Below, piece by piece: positions 12,200 through 20,000 of a DNA stretch of 20,000 nt (position 1 is its first letter; each line of letters begins with the position of its first letter). This DNA comes from Asterionella formosa (lineage: Eukaryota). The position numbers were made by a program, and so were the translations under genes. The DNA is taken from positions 52,157 to 72,156 of the forward strand of contig NKIB01012722.1 in NCBI GenBank assembly GCA_002256025.1. The letters run 5' to 3'. Under the pieces are notes generated by a model. It was not told where the DNA came from. It was given only the letters and a program-made list of their open reading frames with translations, and did no database searches.

Positions 12200-13566
12200 T
12201 TAAACTTCTTCATGCTCAGCAGTAGCTCCTTCCTCCTCCTCATCCTTGGGTTTATTAACATCTGGTCCATCAAGTGCCTTGTCGAGAATTTCCTCAGTGG
12301 TAGCTGCAACAGCTTCTTGTACAGTGGTAGCATCTGCTGTGTTCTCAACCAACATATTCAGACTGCCCTTGGGGGTAGCATCGACACCGCTGTCTTCTGG
12401 TATCTTGATGATACTAACATCATCCTTGGGAGCAACTTCACTGAGATCTTCAGGATTCATCTTCTTCTTGGATCGGCGCCCATCGACACGATCAGGACGG
12501 GCAATATCACGCATTACCTGGCAGGCCTTGTGAATGGCCTTTTCGTCAGATAGCTCTTCCCATTGTCCTTCAATGGTGCGAGAACTATCCCAGTTTTCAT
12601 CAGTCATCTTGAGAGCACATGCGATCTTTTTGAGGAACCGACCAGGGGGATCGAGACTACGGATCATGCCCACAATTTCGGTGGCAAGAGCGCGCTTCTC
12701 AGAATAGTTTCCAGAATCAAACTGGGGCTTGCGCTCCACAGCCAATGTGCGGAAACGAGCGTTTCCAGAATGGCCATTTACAAAGGCTCCACGACCCGAT
12801 AGTACATCGTGCTCGTGTACACCGTCGGGGTTCTCATTAATCGGAGGAAGCTGTTCGAGATGTTGGAGAAGCTGTACAGATGAACCGATGAAACGATTGG
12901 TTACAATCATGTTTTCCAATTGTGCTAAATCCTGCACCCCATGCGAGAGTTGCTTACCTGACTAACCCCCGGGGTAGACTCGGTCGTCCGCTGACGTTTG
13001 CGAGTCCCATTTTGAGCTTGCATCTCACGCAGTTGCACACGATCAGGGCGCTGAAAGTCACGCATGACTTGGCAAGCTTTCAAGATGGCCTGTTCCGTGG
13101 AGAGAGCAAACCATGGTCCCTTGTCGGACTTGCGTTTCAAGAACCGCCCATGAACGATAGTCATCGCAGCGACGATTTCTGTCGCAACGCGGCGCTTAGC
13201 AGCATGGTTGCCAGCTTCGAATTCAGGCTTGCGCTGAAAGCAGAGAGCACGAAACTTTTGGTTTCCCTTGTGTCCATTCACGGACGCACCGCGACCATTG
13301 AGCACATCGTTCTCGCCTGGCTCTGAAATAGCACCAGGGTCATGTTCGATGTCCTCGTCCTTCAGCTCATTTGGAGGATCTTCAGCAAGTTGCTGATCCC
13401 CTAAGTCTTCCGCCTGCTCCTTGTCTTCGGAATCAGCAGGTTCCTGGGAGAAGGCAAGCAGTGCCGGAGATAATTCCTTTGCACCTTCGGAAAGACCAGC
13501 AGGTTCTTCAGTGGCCGTTAGATCAGTCTGAATCTCAACGGTTACGGTATCCTCAGCATCTGACAT
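12200..13566 (-). CDS. Protein with two tandem DUF6824-like domains (diatom-expanded family, unknown function); exons 13566-12958 and 12871-12200 (~426 aa)
   Basis: Two copies of DVL(N/S)GRGA.VNGH.GN..FR.L...RKP.F..GN...KR..A.EIV....GRFLK....W..LS.E.AI.KACQVMRD..RPDR. A CAG|GTAAGC donor at 12957 and a GTACAG|CTT acceptor at 12872 are both phase 0 and join the two ORF-track ORFs. Acidic N- and C-terminal tails; basic RKRQR and RRSKKK patches follow each domain. Family name is from recalled motif, not a search. Confidence 0.8.
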
Positions 13567-13731
13567 CTTGGGTCAGCGTCTGTGGTATGGCCTGCTTGGT
13601 TCTTGATTGAGGTACCGGTATGTTTTGGAGGGACTTGCAGATCAAATAAGACGAGTGGATCGATTCCAAGGACGAGAGGAGCAGTCAAATGGATCGATGC
13701 ATTGGGTCGGTCGGATCGACAAACTGACCTC

Positions 13732-13825
13732 CTACTGAAGGTAGGACACGACCGAGGGTGGAGACTGCCTGCGAGTATTCTTGTGTTCCAGGCTTGAGAG
13801 GCGCGAGTAGGTTGCCCGAACGAGT
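13732..13825. repeat. Dispersed ~95-bp element, copy A
   Basis: CTACTGAAGGTAGGACACGACCGAGGGTGGAGACTGCCTGC...ATTCTTGTGTTC...GAGGCGCGAGT...CCGAACGAGT aligns in the same orientation with 19777-19874 (40 of the first 41 nt identical). Confidence 0.9.
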
Positions 13826-14759
13826 GGCGCCCCCGGCGCTACGAGAAGGTCAACCTACGAGGGCCTCCAAAGTCGAGTACACAAGATTACGAGTAGGCAG
13901 ACTCCTCCCGAGTAGGGTCTTAACTAGGCAATTTACAAACTAGCTGTCGCCTTGCCATTCGGGTACTTCTAAGTAATTTTTAGGTCTAAGTAATTTTATT
14001 TAGGGGGAATATGGGGCACATCAAATTTTTCGGCATTAAAATTGCCGAATTTTAGCATGACAACCAGAATGACGGTAAAATGCATAGAGATGGTACAACA
14101 ACCGTAAAACACAAGGGAATGATTGTAACAACATGCAACATCAATGAAAATTGAACATGATTTTTGGAGTATGAAATGCGATATAATAAGTAGCATCAAA
14201 TGAGAAATAGAAAAAATTGTTTTGGGTTAGAAATGAAGTAAAAAATAGGAGTTTCAATGGAGACGTATGCATTGTGACATTGTACATCTAAGCCGCATAT
14301 TACATGAAGTGACCTTCATGTAAATAAGCCTCCATCTAAGCAGCGAAATACACCACTTTTCGAAATTTCGTCTACGTACGAGAGTTAATTGTGTGGTACT
14401 TCACATGCAAAAAATAATGCCACTCTTCACTTAAAAAAGATTACTTTCAACGGTTTCATGTGAAGTTTTCACAAGAATGAATTTTGAACGCAAGAATGAA
14501 TTATTCATTCATGACACGCATTTTACTTAGTGAAATAGTAAGGATATTTGTTGTGACTAATGTCATGCATCTGAGATCAAAGTTTTACGGTTGTACACAT
14601 CACATAAAGAACTCACGCTTTTCCGGTAAAAAAGCTCACTCTTCCCACCAGCTTTCATGTAATGTAGGTTAGTACTACTGGTAATAGGTAACTGTACTAC
14701 TAGCTACTACTAGTAGTAGTAGGCAACCCAATATTTTTACGTGATTATTATTTCTCAAA

Positions 14760-15125
14760 ATCAACACTGGTAGAATCATGTTTGCTGATGAGGATAGTAT
14801 GATTGTTTGCCAAATATGTGCCGAAGCAAGGTCCATTCAAGTTACCAATCCAGAAGCCTGTAGATACAACAAATCATTGTCCACTGGCTGGTCAAAGCAG
14901 CTTGTCCAAAGAGGTGAAGTATGTTGCCAGTTGATTGTTGTTTTCAAGAGGTATAATATACAGACAATAGCTACCATTGTTCTTTTCCTGGTGTTTCCAA
15001 ATGCTAGCAAGCCACTTTTATCGAAACTCGCACAAAGATTGCGAAGTCTTCAGGTCGCAAACAATGTGGGCAACATATCTCGCCAGCACCAACAACATAT
15101 CACTCTATTGCTCCCTATCCAATAA
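14760..15125 (-). pseudogene. Possible decayed coding remnant, perhaps transposon-derived
   Basis: One minus-strand frame reads as protein-like text with scattered stops: LLDREQ*SDMLLVLARYVAHIVCDLKTSQSLCEFR*KWLASIWKHQEK..YCLYIIPLENNNQL..L*PASGQ*FVV. It lies head-to-head with the Harbinger-like remnant. No family can be assigned. Confidence 0.3.
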
Positions 15126-15369
15126 TTGCACTCAGGCCGAAATAAATAGACACAATTAGTACCAGTCTTATTCATCTGTACAGTACCACAACAGGACCTG
15201 TCTTTTCCAGAAGAAGGATGTGCAAACCACTAAGCAAGCCATTCCCCTATTTACATCCTGCCATACATCACTCATCTGATAATAATGAGGATCAAAGGAC
15301 ATACAAGGCAACAATACCAATTCAATTTGAAAGCCAAACAGTTCATGGAAGGTCCAACAACTGTCAACC

Positions 15370-15607
15370 ATGGTTTTAGTTCATGTGTCTGCGAGAGTTT
15401 ATGATGTTTGGGCTTGAAATTGCAGGCTTCAAGAAGAGATTGGAGAGCTATAAGGAAAGCGCGAATTTGGAGCGGTTTTGGATTTGGTACGGACCCAGTC
15501 CCAGGATTTGTTCGAAGATTTGGAGTGACCTACAGAAAACGAATATGCTATGTCGCGTTGCTTGTGATGCTTATCCTTTGCATCTTCTTCTGGCGACATT
15601 AGCCTGA
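15370..15607 (+). mobile_element. Truncated, frameshifted N-terminus of a PIF/Harbinger-type (DDE_Tnp_4) transposase
   Basis: ATG at 15370 gives MVLVHVSAR, then after a frameshift EFMMFGLEIAGFKKR...NLERFWIWYGPSPRICSKIWSDLQKT...PLHLLLA. This resembles my recollection of diatom DDE-endonuclease N-termini (GLELVGF..NL.RF...YG..P......IW.DLQ.T). No catalytic DDE domain follows; flanks are AT-rich. Confidence 0.5.
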
Positions 15608-16136
15608 TGTAAGCAGAACACCAATTATTGACGAGCGAATGTAAATAATTCCTATATTAATCTATATCAAACCATCATCAAAACAAATGAAAGTAAGATT
15701 ATTGACACAAAAACTGAAATAATATTTGAGTTAAAAGGCAAACGCATTATTATTTAAGGTTAAAAAAATGAAATCAATTAATAATAAATGGGTAGATGTT
15801 GCAACAGACAAATAAGATTGTGGCAGGAAAAAGCTTTAGAGTGAACAATACTAGGGTAATCGAAAACAGAATTTGAATATAAAATTGTCTTCAGATAAGT
15901 AGTAAAAAATATGTATTGATAATCATACAAAACGACCATAATCATCAACTTTAAAAACTTCATATCTCTTGAATTATGAAGCTTCATTGCTAATTAAACA
16001 GACCTATTGAAAGCGGAGAGCCTGTTCTACATTTAGCTACGTACTTGATTTGTTGTCACCATGAAATTTGACTAAAATAGTTTCTTTTTAGTCGAAACAT
16101 GGGGTTAACTTTATATGACTCTCAGTTTTTAGGTAG

Positions 16137-16310
16137 AACCTGGTACCAGTTTGTAGGTATACCTGGTATCATGAAAACAACAGCCTCATTGTTTTACCGG
16201 ACCTCCTTGTTCGGGTGCGATACCAGTACCTGGTGTTACGTGGTAAGGTACCTGGTAGTACCTGGTAACAATGTCCTATAAACTGGTGGACCCGAGTACC
16301 AGGTACCAGA
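16137..16310. repeat. Cluster of TACCWGG / GGTACC quasi-palindromic motifs
   Basis: ACCTGGTACCAG, GGTATACCTGGTA, TACCAGTACCTGGT, GGTACCTGGTAGTACCTGGTA and GTACCAGGTACCAG within ~175 bp. Confidence 0.8.
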
Positions 16311-16555
16311 TACAAGCCATACGAAACTAACGACGGATGCCTGGCGGCCAACCATTGAATGAAGGATTATGATACTGGTTCTGTACATACAACTCTCATT
16401 GTATCTATGTACATTTCCGTAATGGAAAGAGACAATGATGTTTGCAAGCAGCAAAGCATCAGTCAACATATGACACACTATGTTGCATCCTCCGCAGCCT
16501 CTACAATAACACACAAAATGCCTTTGTGGGAGTGCTAGACCTACTAGCCTTGAGA

Positions 16556-17883
16556 ATGGTACACTCCAGCTATTTTGCAGCATATCAGGGTCTTGCTACT
16601 TCCGCCATTGTTTGTCGGCAGGTCAACAATATTGGTATTGTTGGTGGAGGCCTGGCTGGTCTTTCCACTGCATTTCATATGCTACAAAAGACAAATGGAG
16701 CATGTCATATTACCATTTATGATAAGGGGCCAGTGGGAACTGGAGGAGCGTCATCTGTCGCGGGTGGGTACGTGCTACGTGGAATATAGTTTGCTTTGTC
16801 CATGAGGAATTCAATATATTTGCTACTCTTGATTGAGCCTGGCTCATGACGACATATATATATCACCAAGATCTCTGAGACAAACCAGCATGATTTTTCT
16901 TACTCGTTGTGTTGCCAGCTTCCCGTTGACTCACCGACTCTACTACACTTATTGCAATTCGCAGACTACTGCATCCACTATCCCCTCGAGGAAAAATAGT
17001 TCATTGGGGATTGGAAGGACTCATTGCCACCAATTCTTTGTTGGACCACGCCGTCCATAAAAAGCCCGGTAGTATTTTACGAAACGAGCTGTATCGCGTT
17101 GCTACAACGGAAAAGAATGTCGCTGATCTGAAACGCAGCGCAAAGGAAATGCCAGAATTTTGTGAATGGATGGACGACATGGAGGGATGCCAAAGCGACA
17201 CTGTGATGGGTGGACTGAGGCTGCACAATGGCTGCAAGGTATTACACGTACCGACCTATCTCGAAGGATTGTGGTTGGCATGTTGTGATTTGGGAACCGT
17301 CGAGTGGAAGATTGGCACCATGACAAGATACGACAATCACGACGTTGTTGTTTTAGCTGCTGGTGCTGGTCTTTGGAATGATCAATTGCTCTCGCAGGAG
17401 AGTGATGGACCATATCCAATGGATTTGGTTCGTGGTCAGTCGATTGACTTGATTGTCAAGGACATGCCCTTGCATGCCATTTTGGCTGGCAAGTATATGA
17501 CGCCCCTTCCTGACCCATATTTGTGTCACGTCGGTGCAACGCAAGAACAAATTACCGATCTTGAAATGACCCCCAGGGACTTGTATGATACCTTGCTTTA
17601 TCAAACTTCCTTCTTGTCGTTGTGGTCATCGAATCCTGCCATTCATCGAATTTCCTCTGGAATCCGGGTCCAATCCAGACGTAGCCATCTAGGACGCTTG
17701 CCCATGATTGGACAAATTGGTACCACAAACACATATCTTTTCTCGGGACTTTCCTCTCGTGGATTGTTGTACCATGGGATATATGGCGACCTATTGACAG
17801 ATGCCATTTTGGGTCGACGAGATGTGACAGAGGAACATCCTCACTTGAATTGGTGGAGAAGTAAAGCCGAACCAAAACTGTAG
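16556..17883 (+). CDS. FAD-dependent oxidoreductase, DAO/glycine-oxidase-like family; exons 16556-16767, 16965-17883 (~376 aa)
   Basis: Rossmann IGIVGGGLAGLSTA..ITIYDK; GASSVAG|GLLHPLSPRGK restored across a GTACGT...GCAG phase-2 intron (16768-16964); VVVLAAGAG, LVRGQ, VGATQE, GIRV, LPMIG, FSGLSSRGLLY. Start codon is uncertain (nearest in-frame ATG before the Rossmann motif used). Confidence 0.85.
16795..16884 (+). ncRNA. U24: Intronic box C/D snoRNA U24 (SNORD24 family)
   Basis: Terminal stem TTTGTC (16795-16800) / GACAAA (16879-16884); box C ATGAGGA 16802-16808; guide ATATTTGCTACT 16816-16827; D' TTGA 16829-16832; internal stem TGAGC/GCTCA; C' ATGACGA 16846-16852; guide TATCACCAAGATCT 16861-16874; box D CTGA 16875-16878. 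Both guides are antisense to the conserved LSU rRNA segment GCAGAUCUUGGUGGUAGUAGCAAAUAU, the established U24 target. Confidence 0.93.
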
Positions 17884-18229
17884 CTGCATTCATTTCGATA
17901 TATTATTAATATATAACACAGAAAATGCATCTGAAATACGTAGACAAGACTACTGGTAGTCTGCATATACATCATGCGGTCAGGTACGCATTAACTATTT
18001 TATGATTCCGGTCCACTATATGGCTTTCAATAAACCAAAAATGCTAATACTAGTCATGCTGCAAAGTCGAAGCCTGTGGAGGGAGCCGAAAGGATGGTGT
18101 TTTCAATATGTTCCCATGCATTGAATTACCATTTTGGTAGGTAGGCTGATACTCCCAGGTTCTGGAGCATCGATACCTGGTATTCTCGGAGTTGTAATTA
18201 TATTAACTTTAAGTTCTGAAACCAAGCAA

Positions 18230-18311
18230 GTTGCGGTAATTTTGCTGAAACTAAAAGTTTAGCTACCTTTATCCCATGTTAAATTTTTAGTTTAAGCAAA
18301 ATTACCGCAAC
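18230..18311. repeat. Inverted repeat with 32-bp arms and 18-nt spacer (MITE-like or collapsed DNA transposon ends)
   Basis: Left arm GTTGCGGTAATTTTGCTGAAACTAAAAGTTTA (18230-18261) versus reverse complement of 18280-18311 GTTGCGGTAATTTTGCTTAAACTAAAAATTTA: 30/32 identical. No clear target-site duplication. Confidence 0.85.
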
Positions 18312-18811
18312 GTGCAGGTCCCCGAGTACCCTTGTAGGCTGCAGTCCTTCTCGAATCCCCCAGAGTTTTGTAACTTGTACCAACATGTCAAACTTCCCTA
18401 GATCGTTTCAGTACTTCCAATTTTTGAGCTTCATGTATTCTTGCGTCATGTTGTTTTGGCTCACTGTGGTTTCTTCCTTGAATGTAGGACTCCACATCGG
18501 TTGCCCAGCCAGAGTTGTAAGTTCTGGGTAGCAAAGCTCGAGACTATGGGAATCTATAGTCTCTAGCTTGAATTTCCAGGTTGCCTGTACGCCCTGCTAG
18601 TAGGAGGTGAGCGAGCACACCCAGTCACACGAGGGTGTGGTAAACCTAGCAGAACTGCAAATGATCACTCTCAGCCCGTTCGTCCTATTGTGTTTACATT
18701 CCAAATGGTCGTCATAGCTGTAAGTAAACGGGTGGGCCCGGGCAAAGCAAAAAATTAAAAAAAAATTAAGAGAATGCCTGCTTCAAGGAAGAAACCGTGA
18801 TAATTGAAACC

Positions 18812-19663
18812 TCACAGTTTCATTCGTTGAGCTACAAATGAGGCACTCTTCTCGTCAACACCTTTAAAGCAGTATATGTTCCCCCCAACCTTGTTTCCTG
18901 GAGCATACTGTAAGCACCACACGTCAAATTTTCGCTCGGTTATTTCCGGATTCTCTTGCTTGAAAAGTGCCGACAACATCCCAGTTACAATCATGTCTGT
19001 CGAAGTCGACGCACTATTTGCTCGGTCCAATCCAGTAACTACATTCTCAAGATCCGATAATATGGCCTCTCGGTTGGACCCAGCTGCGCAGAAAGTACAC
19101 TGCTCCATGAGACCACCTGGTTCGGTTTGGTATAGTTCAGGGGGAAGTATTTCTTCATGAAGCATAGACAAGTCAAAACCAGCTACGATCGCAGTGCAAC
19201 CGAGAGGCCTTGCTCCAGCTGTTCGTGTGAGGTCATGCTGAATTCCCGCGGCAAAGATTGCCGCTTCCTCAACAGTTGGAGCTTCTCCAAACGACAATCG
19301 AAAGCGCTGACAAAATTCTCGCAGCGCAGATGCGAGTGCTCGTCCATCTCCAGCTAACCCAGCTGTGATAAGCAAAATGTGCGCGTCAATGCGATGCACC
19401 TTGTCGGAGGAGTCCACGGCCAAAAACGCCGCATTCATGGATGGTACCACCATGGCTGCGATTGAATCCCCTCGCCGAGAAGCCTCCATTCCATACTCTA
19501 CTTGTCTCATTCTACCGTCGGAATCGAATGTTGTTATTGATCGATCATACCGCGGTTCAAACTCCAGGCGTCGAATCGGTCGGCGCCTTGAATGCGCGGA
19601 CTCTACACTTCCAAGGATAGACGCGACAATGGTGGCAAATAACGTGAAAGTTCTCGTAGTCAT
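18812..19663 (-). CDS. 20S proteasome alpha subunit (alpha-7/PRE6-type), divergent, with N-terminal signal peptide and Arg-rich extension; candidate periplastid-compartment copy
   Basis: Alpha N-terminal signature YDRSITTFDSDGRMRQVEYGMEASRRG, KVHRIDAHILLITAGLAGDGRAL, TRTAGARPLG, LYQTEPGG, AAGSN. It is preceded by ~37 aa: hydrophobic MTTRTFTLFATIVASILGSVESA then HSRRRPIRRLE. Single exon, 283 aa. Confidence 0.88.
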   Translation of the reverse strand: MTTRTFTLFATIVASILGSVESAHSRRRPIRRLEFEPRYDRSITTFDSDGRMRQVEYGMEASRRGDSIAAMVVPSMNAAFLAVDSSDKVHRIDAHILLITAGLAGDGRALASALREFCQRFRLSFGEAPTVEEAAIFAAGIQHDLTRTAGARPLGCTAIVAGFDLSMLHEEILPPELYQTEPGGLMEQCTFCAAGSNREAILSDLENVVTGLDRANSASTSTDMIVTGMLSALFKQENPEITERKFDVWCLQYAPGNKVGGNIYCFKGVDEKSASFVAQRMKL

Positions 19664-19776
19664 CTTGTAAATTGTATCGCTATTTCTTCTGACGTGCGAG
19701 AATAGAATCAGTTACCGCAGTGGCTATATCTACCAGTGAGCGGTGCATACGATAGGGGGAGACGAAGTCAATGCAA

Positions 19777-19874
19777 CTACTGAAGGTAAGACACGACCGA
19801 GGGTGGAGACTGCCTGCCAGTGCCATTCTTGTGTTCGAGGCATGGGAGGCGCGAGTTTTTTTGACCGAACGAGT
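19777..19874. repeat. Dispersed ~95-bp element, copy B
   Basis: Same-orientation match to 13732-13825 with a few substitutions and small indels. Confidence 0.9.
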
Positions 19875-19890
19875 AAGATAGCGCCGAGTA

Positions 19891-19985
19891 GTACCGGTAC
19901 CTGGTACCTGGTACCAGGTACAAGGAAGGTCCAGTAGTGTTGAAATATATGGCGCCTACTCTAGCGCGCTCCAGTACCAGGTACT
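19891..19985. repeat. Tandem GGTACCW heptamer-like palindromic repeats
   Basis: GTACCGGTACCTGGTACCTGGTACCAGGTAC and CCAGTACCAGGTAC. Confidence 0.8.
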
Positions 19986-20000
19986 GCCCTGGAATGACCG

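Noticed and set aside
12200..12937. Second DUF6824 ORF as an independent gene
   Set aside because: Its track start is a non-ATG codon inside a well-formed 86-nt intron that fuses it in frame to the upstream ORF.
14299..14664. MITE bounded by ATTACATGAA / TTCATGTAAT
   Set aside because: Only a 10-bp inverted match in AT-rich DNA rich in TTCATG words, with no TSD; could be chance.
13996..15987. Short hydrophobic ORFs 13996-14199, 14484-14672, 14778-15125 and 15778-15987
   Set aside because: Low-complexity translations of AT-rich non-coding or transposon-derived DNA with no motifs.
16137..16310. TACCWGG clusters as a CRISPR array or bacterial Dcm-site signal
   Set aside because: Units are ~7 bp with irregular spacing, no constant 25-40-bp repeat and no cas genes; the context is eukaryotic.
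18310..18745. RNase MRP/P, SRP or telomerase RNA
   Set aside because: AGGTCCCCG only loosely resembles the MRP CR-I motif and has no CR-V partner. No SRP helix-8 motif or telomere template was found.
19777..19874. Duplicated element as a spliced-leader RNA (AAG|GTAAG plus U-tract)
   Set aside because: The U-tract is GAGTTTTTTTGA rather than a canonical RAU(n)GR Sm site and is absent from copy A. Only ~9 nt upstream of the donor are shared.

Overview
Gene-dense eukaryotic nuclear DNA with short spliceosomal introns, most likely from a diatom. That inference rests on DUF6824-type domains, a signal-peptide-bearing proteasome alpha subunit and a diatom-style Harbinger-like remnant. Five protein genes can be assembled by hand: a 5'-truncated MSH6 (+, 4 introns, the first a GC-AG in-frame intron); a ~2352-aa homomeric, probably cytosolic acetyl-CoA carboxylase (-, 2 introns); a protein with two DUF6824-like domains (-, 1 intron joining two ORF-track ORFs); a DAO-family FAD oxidoreductase (+, 1 intron); and an alpha-7-type proteasome subunit with a bipartite-looking presequence (-). 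The clearest feature missing from the ORF track is a complete box C/D snoRNA of the U24/SNORD24 family in the long intron of the oxidoreductase gene. Intergenic DNA also holds a ~95-bp element duplicated upstream of two unrelated genes, TACCWGG motif clusters, a 32-bp-arm inverted repeat and decayed transposon-like sequence. I do not see a convincing new multi-gene system. All calls come from reading the sequence; no searches were run.
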